NCBI GenBank assembly: GCA_951406725.2
Contig: OX597814.1
Coordinates: 165,850,001-165,914,000 of the forward strand
Length of the DNA: 64,000 nt
DNA from: Octopus vulgaris
Lineage: Eukaryota
Reading direction: 5' to 3'
The position numbers and the translations under genes are program-made. The notes beneath the pieces are model-generated. The model had not been told where the DNA came from. It searched no databases and saw only the letters and a list, made by a program, of their open reading frames with translations. Shown piece after piece: positions 1-13,313 of this stretch; positions within the stretch are counted from its first letter, which is position 1; each line of letters begins with the position of its first letter.

Positions 1-235
1 TCCCACAAGATTTATCACTAATGTAATTAAAGACAGAACCAAATTGAAGAACCTTTAAGAGCTCTTATAGACTTCAAATATTTATACGTATTAATTCCAA
101 CACTAGATTCCTAGATTCTCTATGCATCTTTCTACCACTTTCAAAAGTTGGAATTATACCCAAACATACATTTTACACACATACACACACCTATTTTACA
201 TGCAAATATCCACATTATTTGAACCCAAAGTTTAC

Positions 236-587
236 CTGAATCATTTTCTTCAGTCCACTGTTTCAATATACTCACTTGGTCAGCATACCACCCACCTTCA
301 CGATGTTGGCGACTGGCTATAACAGATACTTCGTTACCCACCTGTGGCCGTTGGCTTCCAACAACAACATTGTATGAGAAATACACATCACCATCTATCA
401 AGCCATGATTTCCAAATAGGTTAGTGATGTAGCCAGTAAAGGTACGAGTATTCTCCTCACAAGATTTGGTCCTCTCCCAGCTATGGGAGCGTACTACTAC
501 ACCATCAACAGAACTGCTGAAGGACTGGCGTCGAGGAACATCCTCTTTCCACAGGAAATTGGCAAACTTTGTTAAGGCATTAAACAT
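236..587 (-). CDS. MOV10L1: MOV10L1/Armitage-like piRNA RNA helicase, first coding exon (gene continues beyond the left edge of the window)
   Basis: Translates MFNALTKFANFLWKED...TFTGYITNLFGNHGLIDGDVYFSYNVVVGSQRPQVGNEVSVIASRQHREGGWYADQV. This resembles the MOV10L1 N-terminal S1-like repeat (human ...[20 protein letters not shown]...VGQEV). Acceptor ttttcag at 598-604 lies just upstream of the ATG; donor CAG|gtaaa at 236/235; phase 1. Confidence 0.8.
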
Positions 588-1470
588 TCTGTAGACTCTG
601 AAAACAGACATCAAAGGATATTCATCACCAAAGTTAATAATACAGAATTTCCAGAACAACTTTTGGAAATAACAGGAAAATAGAAATGAAAAACTTTAAT
701 GAATTTAGTCAATGTTTTACTTCATAGTACTGTACAAGAGAGGAGTAATTACAATGGTTTGGAAATATGAATAGATGATATGAAAGAAATAGGTGGGTAG
801 AAAAGTACTATTAGCTGGTTCATGATGGTAACTAAAACATATGGCTTGAAAGAACTAGGATTATTGGCTGAGAGTAATAAAATTAAAAGTAACTGGAAGA
901 TTTTAGGTAAAATTGTTTAATTCTGCTAAGGTAAACCTATATTTAGAAGTAATATCAATCTATAGTCAGGTTTAAAACCATGTCATAGATGCAGTATTTA
1001 GAGTCAGATAGGATACAAAGCAGTTGTCAGGGATTATTACACAAGTTTTACCAACCAGTCTGTTTTTGTACAACTGAAAAGCCATTGCTGAGTAGTAACA
1101 TTTAAGTTTCGATATCTTAAAAGTAGTTGGTGATTGCACAGAATCCAGTCCAGTATAATTCTTGATATTGCAGTTAGATATTTTAGTATCCGTGCATTTT
1201 ATATGTGTGAACCAGGTTAGAGAGAGTTTTTAACTCAAATATCACTCTGGAGTGCTGTTGATGTGTCTAGATGTTTTATGACAGCACAAGTATTTCAAGA
1301 AGCTGTGGTGCTGGCAGTACTCACATGGAAAATGTTAATATGACAGAATTTACTTGGAAGAGTTAAAAATGGTAGTTGGAATAACATGGGCAGTGACAGA
1401 AGATAGGAAGTGTAGAGCGGTTATATATGATATGAGACACGTAGGATGGGAGAATGTTTGCATTCAAAGA

Positions 1471-1690
1471 TTAACCCTTTTGTTACCATGTTTCTGCTGA
1501 AATACAATGCCTTAGTTTCAATGTTGAAAATAATGAAACACTTAGTAAAATAAGCAATCATTATTAAGCTGGTATTTGGAGTATAAATTAAAGTGAAATG
1601 TTGATGGGAATTTTGATTTAAATCACTTCAAAACAAAGTGTGTCAGAGAACCAGAGTTAGTCTTAAGCAGGTTGTTATGAAAAGAGTTAA
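1471..1690. mobile_element. TTAA-flanked piggyBac-type MITE
   Basis: ttaacccttttgttacc ... aaaagagttaa; related copy at 35427-35636. Confidence 0.6.
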
Positions 1691-2200
1691 TAAACAAGTA
1701 GGAAGCCTTTTTTTTATATATATAAGCATCATGGAGAGGAAATAAGGGCCAAAACTATAAGGATCTCAAAAGATCATAGATTATCAATCATCATAACATT
1801 CATTCTGCATTAATAATTGACAAGTAGTCAATAATATATATTCACTATCATTACTATCATACCCATCATCAATGCTAATGACAGGAAGGCTCCCAAGACA
1901 ACAAGGGAGCCTCTTTTGTGGTCACTCAACCTACTAAAAGTACTATACCTAAACACAAATAAGAAGAAAAAAAAATGTCATGGCTCAAACACGTTTCTTT
2001 GATCTGAAGTTAAAATGAACCATCAACAGGAAACCTCTATGCAGCCACTAGACCCGCTATAATTGCAACCAAATTTTTATCAAATCACACCCATCATTTT
2101 AAAGAAGAATACAATGGACAATATAATTTCTTGATATTCATATAAAAAGATATTAAGTTTAAGGCTGGAATCCTTTTAATTACTATTTACATACATTAGT

Positions 2201-2591
2201 GGAGTGGCTGTGTGGTAAGTAGCTTGTTTACCAACCACATGGTTCCGGGTTCACTCCCACTGCGTGGCACCTTGGGCAAGTGTCTTCTAATACAGCCTCG
2301 GGCCGACCAAAGCCTTATGAGTGGATTTGGTAGACGGAAACTGAAAGAAGCCCGTCGTATATATGTATGTGTATGTGTGTGAGTTTGTGTGTCTGTGTCC
2401 CCCTAGCATTACTTGACAACCGATGCTGGTATGTTTATGTCCCCGCCACTTAGCGGTTTGGCAAAAGAGACCGATAGAATAAGTACTGGACTTACAAAGA
2501 ATAAGTCCCAGGGTCGAGTTGCTTGACTAAAGGCGGTGCTCCAGCATGGCCGCAGTCAAATGACTGAAACAAGTAAAAGAGTAAAGAGTAA
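2201..2591 (+). mobile_element. tRNA-derived SINE (abundant family), MOV10L1 5' region
   Basis: ggagtggctgtgtggtaag (A box)...ggttca(c/g)tccc (B box); central TA/TG microsatellite; 3' ...gactgaaacaagtaaaagag. Several copies in the window. Confidence 0.85.
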
Positions 2592-4340
2592 AATAGTAAT
2601 ATACAGGCAACAATATGTGCATGGGTGGAAGAAGTTGGTCAAGACAGGTTGGCAGGTCTAAAGAGTTTCCTTTACCTGGTCACAGTTCTTATTCAGAATT
2701 ACAGCACACCTGCCCTGTTGCTGATGGAATTCATATTTACCATTCCCTAGTTCCTTTTTGTTTGGCATGGTTGATGTTCTCATTCAAAGTTACTGCGATC
2801 CCAGAGGGGTTACCTCTAGTGTCTCTCAGTAACTGCTTATGACAATAAAGGTAAAAGATCTAACATTATGTAGGTAGGAGAGAACATCTAGCAGCAGTCA
2901 GGGGACAGGTTAACTCCATGCCTTAGATAGGGTAGGGTTTATTTACTGATGGAACTAATGGCTACTGGACAAGTATAGAGTTTAGTACACCTTTTAGGCA
3001 TAATAGGTAAGAGAGTCAGTTGTTTATATGCCTCCTTACATCTCAATTTTCTTCCCAATTAGCTAAAAGTTAAACTCTTTAACAAAGAGGTAGACAGATT
3101 AAATCAGAGAGGAGTCTGCTTGAACCAAAACAAGTGGAAAGGCTGTGGCATATCACATACTATGAGATTAATTCACAAGATTAGCCCAGATTATCAACCA
3201 CCTACAACTTTACACTTACATAAAAAAACAATTAGTTGATAATCATCTTACAGAGATCAACTTTAACTCTGAGTATATGTAAGTGCCATAAAATAACTGA
3301 TATACTCAAAGTTTAGGCAATATTAACACCTCATTTAAAAATAAATAAATATAATCATGAAGGTGACAAAAAGTTAAATTCCATAAGCTTTATAAACCTA
3401 TATGTAGTCATTCAAGCTGCTAGAAATAGCAGTAAAAATCTTCATTAAATCACACATTGCCGTCTTCAAAGCTGCTCTGGATTTTAAACATGAATTGAGG
3501 AAATATGCTATTGTTATGCATTCTTTAGAGACATAATTACGATTTCTTTTTTCATGGGAGCAGGTTATGTACACAGGGGCCTACCCCATATGAAACGTTT
3601 TCAAACCTACTTTGGTTCACATCTACCATGAATCTATACAACATTCATTCATATATTTTGTTATGTTATCTAAAAAGTGAAAATAAAGCACGAAAAACTG
3701 GTAAGTGAAGAAACGGGAAATAGGAACCAACGAAAGAGCATCTACGAAATAGCTCGAGATAGTAGAAACAGCAGCCAAATCCCCCTAAATCATACTCTAC
3801 TTTCTTAATTTGACAATGAAGTCTGAAACACAATATTTGGTGGGTGGTGGAAAAAGAGGGTTAGCAACAGCATATTTTTATATCACTATTGTCATATTTT
3901 AGGCATAAAGCCAAAGGAAATCATGCTATATCGAAATGGAAATGAAACCAACATTACAACTCTTACAAACTGACAAGAATATAAGTAAATATATATGTTG
4001 TATCAACAGGAGATAATCTATCCGACGAGTCTGTCAGTCGCTAAATTACCAATAACATTTTGTTCCAATATGTATCGTATACACCAATATAAATATACAG
4101 GTGTGGAATGTATTATAGTTTACGAATCATTTTTGCTCGCCGGCCGTAGTCTTTCACTCATGTCATTAATGCCTTTGAGAAGACAAACATCATAACTATT
4201 ACTTGTTTTCTCGTTGTGTATCATTTATCAATAGATATTGTCAGTTTGAAAAATAATGAGAGGGTAAGAGTAAGCTGACATGTAAAAACGTCAAATTAAT
4301 CAGAGAGAATAGAAAATAAATTAGCCAGCAACCTATCACC

Positions 4341-5005
4341 TTTCTTAAAGTGCGTCCTTCACCAAATGCATACTAAAGTTCACATGCCGTGAGATGTGAG
4401 CTCAGAAGCATATACAAACAACAATATGCATCCAAATTCCTTTATATGAGAGGAGTCTGGATGGGGGTGCTTTTATTTCCGTAACATGTTTCCGGTTCTG
4501 CATGTGGATACGGGTAGATGAGCGCACTTTACAGGTATTCGGGTGGTCATGGTTGACCGCTGCGGCTTCGTCTGCTGCATGTAAACGACTGCCGTAGGTG
4601 GGGGCTGCCGCTTATCATCTGAACCATATAAATAACTAGCGCCAAATGGAATTATTGATATTAAAAGAAAATGGTAATTTTATATCTATAGCAATTTCAA
4701 AAAGCAGAAAATATTTCCAATTTTGTCACGACTTCCTACAAATGGAAATAGAAGGCCACACTATTTCATTTCAAAGAAAATACACATACTTCACTGTAAA
4801 TAACCAAAAAATAAGTTATAGATAGATACACACACGCATGTAAAACGTCAGAAATTTTTTTCCATTCTACGCGGTAATTAAAAAAAATACACACTACAGA
4901 TATAAGAAAGATGGGTATTTTTCTTTTTCCTAGTTTAACAACGTTAATTTCAATAAATTCACATTTCAAACGCATATAATATAAAGTAAAAGACTTGCTG
5001 TGAGT
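4341..5005. promoter_or_regulatory. Putative bidirectional promoter and non-coding first exons of MOV10L1 (-) and TSR2 (+)
   Basis: CpG-enriched patch at ~4480-4650; E2F-like GCGCCAAA at 4639-4646; candidate minus-strand donor AAG|gtgata at 4341/4340; candidate plus-strand donor gtgagt at 5000-5005, followed by a long pyrimidine-rich stretch. Confidence 0.4.
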
Positions 5006-5797
5006 AAACTTACATATAATTCTCAGCATGAAGATGTATATTATTCGTCGAGGTTAAACTTTCGCTTTACATCATTTCGCTGCTATTTGTATTTATTTCC
5101 CTTCAGTTTATACTTCCGTTTAATGTCAGAATTTCCTCCCTTGAACTTTTTTCTTCTCCTTATTTAATAAATACTTTCATACTTATCTTCTCTTTCTGTT
5201 TTATTACATTACAGCACCCCAACTTCTTTCTTACATCATCTTTAATTTATCATCCACGTTTTTTTTTTTTTTTTATAAATTATCAACCGGTGTCATATTA
5301 AAATTGTGTTTCTCATATTCATTTTCCTTTCAATTTCCCTCTTTTCCCCCTTATTCTGTCTTTATAAAGAATTAATTCTGCTTTTGGTTTTTCTCTCCTT
5401 CTTAAATATGAACTTTTCCTCTCTTACTTCCATATACGACTTTCTATTAACTCTGCTGTTTTAGTCAACTTTCAATTACCTCCCCTTAGTTCAATCTCTC
5501 TAATTTCTCCCTCACACTCTCTCTTTTACTCTCTGTGTCTTTCTCTCTTCCTCTTTCGGTGTCGTTTACTTTCACACTCTTTCCCTGTCTTTTACTTTCT
5601 TGATCCCACTTCGTTAAATATACGTCCCTGTCTTTTAGTCTATTTGTTATAAACGTTTAATTTTAGCTGAATTCTTTTCCTCTAAATTCTAACCGTGAAA
5701 CATACAGAATTTTCATATCAATGGAGGCATCTAGTGCTTTTTATTATTAAATAGAATCGAATATTTCTCGACTTCACCCACGTGTATAGGCTCCAGT

Positions 5798-5872
5798 ATG
5801 TCAGAATCTGTTACTACAGAGCTATTCCAGACAGCAGTTGATAAACTTCTGAATAGTTGGACAGTATTACAG
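5798..5872 (+). CDS. TSR2: Pre-rRNA-processing protein TSR2, coding exon 1 of 6
   Basis: MSESVTTELFQTAVDKLLNSWTVLQ, followed by donor gtaaat; matches the TSR2 N-terminus (...W.ALQ.AV..GFGG). Confidence 0.9.
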
Positions 5873-7619
5873 GTAAATGTTTCTTACTTCTTCCTTAATA
5901 TATATTTTAAAATTATTTGATTCCTCGCCACTGTCACAGATACAGGAACGATACTTTTAGTTGTGTACAAACGACAATTGCTCATCTGAAACATCGCTGC
6001 CCATATCAATTAATCAAAACTTCAGGTGTGATGATAACACCAAATCCTTTAGTTGTCGTCCACATTCATAGCCTAAGCTCTAACTAAAATATGTTAGTAA
6101 TGATAGTAAAACATAAAGCAATAAAAGTTTATATACGCGGTCCTTCTGAAACTAAGACGTTGTCTTGGTCATTCGTAGACCCGTTATAGAACATGCTGGT
6201 TGAGTATGGATCCCATATAAAAAGGCGAGAAATATCAATAATTTGGAATTGTTACAAAGAAAGGTTTTCGGATGAGTCTCAAACTTGTCAAGATTCATTC
6301 GTTAGTTTCCACGTGCGTGACAGCACATACAGAAAGGTTGATATTTGGCAACACAAACGAATGACTGGTGGGTGGCCAGAGAAATTAATTGGCCATAGGT
6401 TTAGACGACATTCTGCTCGTTACATCAAGGTCCGAAGTAGTCACTGAATAGTTCCCCCATTTAGCCCATGTTTAGCTCCAGCTCAGTTCCGATCGAAAAA
6501 CCATATGATCAATGACATTCCGTCCATAAATATCTCGTCTATTTGTGATCAATGCAACGATTCTCACTCGTTAACGAAAACAAAAAAAGAAAAACAGCCT
6601 GCTAGGTGTTACCAACTGTGTAGGAAACGAATATGAAAAAAAATTGCGCAAAGGAACATAGATTTTTTTTTTCTACTCTTAAAAGAGAGAAGACAGGGGT
6701 TGTCTGTTGGAAGGCGACAGAAATGGGAATCTGATCAATAGGTATATATGCTAGAAGTACTGCTAAAAGTTGAGGTTTAGCAAACATCAAGAGAGAGTAT
6801 CATCCACTAAATAAGTGTTACACTTTGTGAAGGAGTAGATTTCTTAATTTTGACGTTTAAGTCTTTACTACAAATCCAATGAGGTTTAGGAAATTATGAG
6901 AAGTGGATGGCAGTTTTAGTGTGTGCTCAAGGAGAATATAAATGAGGTAGGAGCAAGTGTCTAAGTTTTAGAACACAGTGGTAGATGATGTGATAAGAGA
7001 CATAAGAAAGTTGATGGAAGAGTTCAAGTTGTTGGATAGGAGTTCTTGTTTAAAGTGGGAATTATTAATGAGACAGGTAAAGCAAGGAAACAGTAAAACT
7101 GGCCAGAAAAGCAGTTTAGAGTGAAGATGGAAGTTGTTAGACCTGGTCAGCCCTGTTCAAGCTGACCTATGATTAAAGATATCAGTCACTGGCACATGTG
7201 AAGGTAAAAGGATGATCTGGGTTTTTATAGATTTGTGAATTTAAGGAGAGATAGTGGCAATTCAGTGCACTTCATATTCACAATTATTTCTCTAGCTTCA
7301 ATCCATTACCTCTTCCAAACTTGCATATACCAATACATACTGATTCTGTTAACACTTGATATTTTTTTCTCCCTCTAATTATATGTCCTTGTGTGTGTGT
7401 GTGTATACACACATATATATATTTATATTTATATATAACTGAAATCTTTGAGTTAAGTTCATGTGTGGTGATTACTCCCCTATATTTCCCATATTTTTTC
7501 TTACATCCATTAACTTCATTCCCTTTTCATTTCTCTTCACTGTACACAAGCTTATCTTACTTTTACCAAACCTCATGAAATTTACTTGTGGAAACTAACA
7601 AGATTTGTATCTTCTCCAG

Positions 7620-7710
7620 CTTGCTGTAATGCATGGATTTGGAGGATGTCAAAGTAAAGAGAAAGCTGCATGGTTGTCTTATGCCATTGATACCTGGTTT
7701 AAGGAAAACA
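7620..7710 (+). CDS. TSR2: TSR2 coding exon 2
   Basis: ctccag acceptor; LAVMHGFGGCQSKEKAAWLSYAIDTWFKEN; gtaagt donor; contains the conserved GFGG...EKA.WL motif. Confidence 0.93.
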
Positions 7711-7818
7711 GTAAGTTGTTTACCAAACACTTTTGAGCATTATATAGTGTGTTGCTTATTTTATATTGGTGGAACATGGATTATACAAATGAGTTAAGTA
7801 TGGTGTGTGAGGAATTCT

Positions 7819-8112
7819 GAGCACATGGCCTAGTGGTTAGAGCAGCGGACTCGCGGTCGTGGGATTGCGGGTTTGAATCTCAGACCGGGCGATGTGTGTG
7901 TTTATGAGCGAAACACCTAAGCTCCACGCGGCTCCGGCAGAAGGTAATGGTGAAACTTCTACTGACTCTTTCGCCACAGCTTTCACTCTTTCCTCCCGCA
8001 TCTTGCAGCTCACCTGCAATGAACCGGCATCCCGTCCAGGTGGGGAACCTATATGCCAAGAAACCAGGAAACCGGCCCTTATGAGCCAGGCATGGCTCGA
8101 GAAGGAACATAC
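7819..8112 (+). mobile_element. Second tRNA-derived SINE family in TSR2 intron 2
   Basis: gagcacatggcctagtggttagagcagcggactcgcggtc...gggtttgaatctc: tRNA-like head with A/B boxes, followed by a GC-rich body. Confidence 0.7.
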
Positions 8113-9448
8113 AAAAATTCAGAGTTATGAAAGTGGTTAAGCCTCAAGTGAATAGATGTTGGGTGAAAAAAGATTGTTAATCATGTAATAATCATGCAGT
8201 AGAGGTAAAGTATGAAAGACCTGAGAATACTGGCCTCACATAAGGCAAGATACAAACAGAGATGGTGTGGTGTTGTATCGCAGATACTAGTGATACTTAC
8301 TAGCATGGAAGAGTGAACAGTTAAGTTTTGGTGGCTACATTTATTTTTCTTAAAATGGCAAACTGGCAGAATCATTACTGCACCAGACAAAATGTTTAGC
8401 TGCATTTCTTTTAACTTTATGTTCTGAGTTGACTTTGCTTTTCATCCTTTCAGAGTCTATAAAGTAAGTACTAGTTGATTACTGGATCAATGTAATCAAC
8501 TTGTCCTTTTCCCTGAAATAGCTGGCCTTGTGCCAAAATTTGAAACCTTTTTTTTTTTTTTTTGGCACCAAAGAGCCATGCTAACCAAAATCCATGGACA
8601 GTTGCTTCTGTTATAGAGGTGTTGTTTCTTATTTTGTTTTCATGGTTATAAAATTGCCAAAATTACATCTGAAAGACTTGGACTTCTTCAGGGCCTGAAA
8701 ATATTACCCTGAACTGTAATTCACATACCTGGAACAATGCATTTGCAAGCTACATTATATACCATTTCCAAAAATGGGTTATTACAGTGATTGGCAACTA
8801 CTAACATACACATATTGTGTACTATCTGTTGCTCCCACATGTCATCCTTATTGTCTCGCTCTTCAAACTTTGTAATAAATACTTTAACTTATCCCATCAG
8901 AACTGCAAATCCTCTGTATTGGGCTCACTAGTAAGAGAACACCTTCGTTGCTGCTACTTACAAGATTACAGTGGCCTTAGGGTTTATATCTTCATCTGTC
9001 CTTAAAGCACAAATATTACTTAGAAGATTTATCTAGGATACTCAACTATAGTTTCTTACTTCCAGCCTGGGGCCTAGTATTAGTCATTTTCATTATTTGA
9101 TTGCTATTTTACTTTATCACCCTTTAGAAGAATGAAAGAAAAAGCTGAACTCAGAACAAATACCACAAAACATTTTGGTTAATGGTTTGTTCTTCCACCC
9201 ATCTTCATTTGAATTTTATGTTAAAATTGTCTTCAATATGAACTGAAATAATAAAATGGATTATATAATAGTCCCTCATCACTAGAGTTCTGAGTAATTA
9301 TTTTAATGACTACATAATTATACATGGAGATTTTAAGCAACAATTAATTAGTGTAATGTCCTTCTCAGAAGGCCTAAACATCTGCACCACCATATATATC
9401 TCTGTTTATAAGCTTTGTTTTCTAATATATTTTTACTTTTAATCCTAG

Positions 9449-9540
9449 ATCATCTTGACCCATATGAAGTTGAAGATTTCCTCACAGATGTTATGAACAA
9501 AGAATTTGACACAATAGCAGATGATGGTAGCGTTCCTTTG
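9449..9540 (+). CDS. TSR2: TSR2 coding exon 3
   Basis: cctag acceptor; NHLDPYEVEDFLTDVMNKEFDTIADDGSVPL; gtatgt donor; phase consistent. Confidence 0.93.
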
Positions 9541-10913
9541 GTATGTTTTGGGGGAATTTTCATCATGGATTGCATAAATCTTTTCATTTAAATAGTTAGA
9601 ATATGTTTAGTTTGATAACCTTCTTAGTACTAACCATGAAGCAAGCCTCAAGATGACTGACTACAGTCTCATATGCTAAAATGGTTTAGTTGACTAGGAC
9701 ATCTATCAAACAAGTAAGGTGTGTCTTGAATGAGAAATTTATGATAATCTCCAGGACACATCACCTAATAAACAGATCTTTCAGAAACAAGCAGCATACT
9801 GGAAGTTGTCAAAAGAGATCCTTGTAAAATATAGTTCAATGTAGTCACCTACTCACCAACTTGTTCTTAAGTCACAAGAAATTATGAATGGCTGTTAAAA
9901 TATACAGCTAACTGAACAACAGAGTGTTGATAGATGAATAGGTGATTGTTTAGTCTCCAACTGAATGGTTTCACTATCATCATATGTCTATTTTCTCATG
10001 CTGGCATATGTGGAACAAGTCAATGTATCACCACTTCATCATCTGGCATATGTGGCAAGAGAAAAACCTTTTTTTTTCCTTACTTGCTTTGCCTGGCAAA
10101 GGAGGTTGCACTTTTAGCCTTCCCGTGAAACTGTTGCCATTAATGTTCTTGAAACTTTGTAAAGCAATGTCTATAGGAGAAGGCAAAGAATTCCAGAGAG
10201 TTGTTATTTCCACGATGAACAGGATGTAATGATTGGTGCGGGACTTGAGGGTGTTGGACACAACTTGGGTAACAAAAAAGCTAGAGATGAGGGAGTGGGG
10301 ATGGAATGAAGAATGCCCAAGTTGGCTGGCATGAGCCCAGCTGTCGTCAAGGAGCAAAGACCATCATAGTTGCAGGAGAATTGACAAAAACAGTGTACTG
10401 GTGGGCCAGGGGTTGGAGCATGGATGAGTAACTTAATGTAGTTGAGTGGCCCTTTTCTGGTTATCTGCGCATACAGCAGCAGCGCTATCATGAATGTGAG
10501 AGCAATACTCCATTACTACTTGTGTTATAGGTTTGCTGGATGCCCTTCATATCACCAGTTTCCTTACAGGATGGATTTGACACATTTTATTGTGCCACTA
10601 GCATTAGAGGAAGAGTTTGCAGCAGGACTAAAGAAGCCCCTTAAATCCTGGGTCTTATGTAGTTTACATCCCTACTTTTTGGTTTTATGCTAGATGTGTT
10701 CTATTTACTTTGAGACATATTTTCATTTTGAAATAGAAATGGAATGTAGTGTCCAACTGAATAAATTGTATGAATTAACATTCCAATAAATTTTCTTCTA
10801 AAATCTAATACTTTAACCACTATATATATTCTCCCTACTGACCGTCATCCTTACTTAGTATCCCCCATCAACTAATGACTTGCATTCCATTCTTTATGAA
10901 CCCCTATATCCAG

Positions 10914-11051
10914 ATGGCAGCTGAGATTTGTACCATTTACAAACTCTGTCAAAACAACAATGTGGAAGAGGTTAACAAACGGATTGAGAGGTTACCAAAA
11001 GCAAATATTCAGAAATCTGTGCGTGCTGATAGTGACGAAGAAGAAATTGGG
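10914..11051 (+). CDS. TSR2: TSR2 coding exon 4
   Basis: ccag acceptor; MAAEICTIYKLCQNNNVEEVNKRIERLPKANIQKSVRADSDEEEIG; gtctgt donor; phase 0/0. Confidence 0.85.
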
Positions 11052-11894
11052 GTCTGTAATTCTTTTTACCTTTGTATTTTAATTCAGTTATATATTTATT
11101 CATACTATCAGAGCAACACTTCTAAATGTAATGTAAGAATTGCCTTTAAAAAAAAATGGTTTTCTTTAATCACTTGTATGTATCTAGACAAAGGCTTCAA
11201 TAGTGCTTCATTGACTATATCACTTCAATAGATTTGATAGGTCTGCAGTAACTAACTCCAAGCTAACTATAACCATGTTGTTAAATTATTACCAAACCTT
11301 TTTTGCTTTAGTAAAGCAGCCTTATTTTCTTAAACATTACACAAGCTGCAACCTTTAAATTTAATTACTGCAGTTGCTCTTTGGACATCACTTGGTGTCT
11401 TGAATGTGAAATTTATGATAATCTCTGTGAAATTTATGATAAAAACAGCTGGGGGTTTTTTTTAATAATCTTTTCTAATACATTCTCATTACTTCCATAC
11501 TATCTTAATTGTCCATGTTCAATTTTCATTTAACATCTACTGAAATTCAGTTGCTTCCAATTCCTGAATTAAATTCATCACATTTTAAACTGAAATAGCT
11601 CAAGTTGCTTACTCAGCAAATATGAGTAATATTTTCTGTTGATTATTTCATTACTTTAGAGAGGCTGTCCATGATTTATATTAGAAGTGTTGATGACTAA
11701 GTTATTAGGATATTTGACAAGCAGCCAAGGAGTCAGCAGTTGAACAATCTGCTATGGCTGTCTCTGCTTTGCTGCAGATGTGAACTGCAGAGTAAAAATA
11801 CTTAGTCATTCAGCTTAGGTGTGTAGATTCTACCCAGCAGATTTGCTTTTGATAAGCTATGTCAAGACTAAGGCTTCAGCTGTACTTCATTGAC

Positions 11895-12101
11895 TTAACC
11901 CTTTAGCATTTAAACTAGCCAGATCCAGCCAAAATATGTTACCTGTTTTATATTCAAACCAACCAGATCCAGCCTCTCACACTTACCCTTCAATGTCATT
12001 CTAAATATATACAACCATATCAAAGTAATGCATGAGTAATTAAATACAATGTGAATGAAAAAGCATTACATTTGACAATAATCTGAATACTAAAGGGTCA
12101 A
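11895..12101. mobile_element. TTAA-flanked MITE (CCCTTTAGC family)
   Basis: ttaaccctttagca ... ctaaagggtcaa; family members at 12991-13206, 29951-30180, 30552-30972 and a partial copy at 27632-27760. Confidence 0.65.
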
Positions 12102-12555
12102 TCATTTCGATAGATTTGATAGGTCTGCAGCTAACTATAACCAAGCTGTGGCTGTATGCATACCGTATGTGACTGAGGTGAGTTTTATGGCTGCATGTGC
12201 TGACTCAAATTTGTGGAGAAAATTATTATTTGAAAGTGTGAAACAAACACTTTGATAACCATTTATAATAAGATCCACTTCGATTGTCCATAAGGAATAA
12301 ATATTTCTCATCTTCTCTCCCCTTAGATTGATTCTTATAAAAGGAGTTAATCTAATGGAATAGGAGATGAGAAATAGGGTTTTTCTACCTGAAACCAATG
12401 TTATATTTATATCCTCCAAAAATACAATCCTGAAAACATTTGCACCTCCAAATCAGGATTGTACTTAATTATTATAGTTGTCTTAAAACAAAATTTCAAG
12501 GGTTTTTTTTCTTTTTTTGTTCATGAATTTATCAGATTTTTTTTGTGTTTTACAG

Positions 12556-12655
12556 ACTGAGAGTGATTGTTTACCAAATGGAAATAATTCCATGGATTCT
12601 ACAGCTAAAGATACTGATGTTACAATGGATGAAATAAATACAACTGCTCCCTCAG
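12556..12655 (+). CDS. TSR2: TSR2 coding exon 5 (acidic linker)
   Basis: tttacag acceptor; TESDCLPNGNNSMDSTAKDTDVTMDEINTTAPS; CAG|gtaaat donor; phase fits exons 4 and 6. Confidence 0.8.
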
Positions 12656-12698
12656 GTAAATGAACGTTTGAATTTGCCTACTATATCATATCATTTAT

Positions 12699-12902
12699 AG
12701 GCGGCAAGCTGGCAGTAACGTTAGCATGCTGGGCGAAATGTGTAGCCGTATTTCGTCTGCCATTACGTTCTGAGTTCAAATTCCGCCGAGGTCGACTTTG
12801 CCTTTTATCCTTTCGGGGTCGATAAATAAAGTACCAGTTTGCACTTTGTCTGTCCTTGTTCGTCCCCTCTATGTTTAGCCCCTTGTGGGCAATAAAGAAA
12901 TA
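12699..12902 (+). mobile_element. SINE with a 17-bp target-site duplication in TSR2 intron 5
   Basis: TSD TATATCATATCATTTAT (12682-98, 12903-19); internal gagttcaaattcc B box; A-rich tail. Diverged relatives at ~8400-8545, 14630-14810, 23985-24130 and 38220-38910. Confidence 0.85.
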
Positions 12903-12990
12903 TATATCATATCATTTATGTTAAGTTTGGTCATTATTACATAATTGCTATACACCCTATATAAGCAGTTAACTTTTCCCTTGAAATAGA

Positions 12991-13206
12991 TTAACCCTTT
13001 AGTGTTTAAACCGGCTAAAATATTCTACCTGTTTTATGTTCAGACTAGTCAGATATAGTCATTCATAGCTATTTTATTGTCATTTTAAAAATAAAGAATC
13101 ACATCATTGAAATCTCAAAGCCATGAAATGATGCAAGATTAATTTTACATGGTGTGAATACATAAGCTTTACATTTGACAGAATAATCTGAATGCTAAAG
13201 GGTTAA
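12991..13206. mobile_element. TTAA-flanked MITE (CCCTTTAGC family)
   Basis: ttaaccctttag ... gctaaagggttaa, ending ~36 nt upstream of the last TSR2 acceptor. Confidence 0.7.
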
Positions 13207-13242
13207 AAATATTTCCTTAAAATTGTTCTTAATTTATTCCAG

Positions 13243-13313
13243 AAGACCAAGTCATGGATGCTGAAGAAGATGGTTGGCATGTGGTGAGAAAAAATAGACA
13301 GAAGAAGACATAG
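13243..13313 (+). CDS. TSR2: TSR2 coding exon 6 (last)
   Basis: EDQVMDAEEDGWHVVRKNRQKKT*, containing the conserved C-terminal DGW..V.K motif; joined CDS is 567 nt = 188 aa. Confidence 0.9.

Noticed and set aside
588-659. N-terminal extension of the 172-aa ORF 141..659 (MFWKFCIINFGDEYPL...)
   Set aside because: It lies upstream of a good acceptor (598-600) and is mostly intronic read-through; the part of the ORF below 236 is also intron.
4440-4640. Structured ncRNA (RNase P/MRP, U3, 7SK) in the GC-rich patch
   Set aside because: No recognisable conserved motifs; better explained as promoter or 5' UTR.
5721-5750. 9-codon uORF upstream of TSR2
   Set aside because: Probably inside a 5' UTR intron (pyrimidine-rich stretch ending at AG 5789/5796); cannot be supported without transcript data.
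7819-7890. tRNA gene
   Set aside because: The tRNA-like head continues into a SINE body and the acceptor and T stems are imperfect; classified as a SINE.
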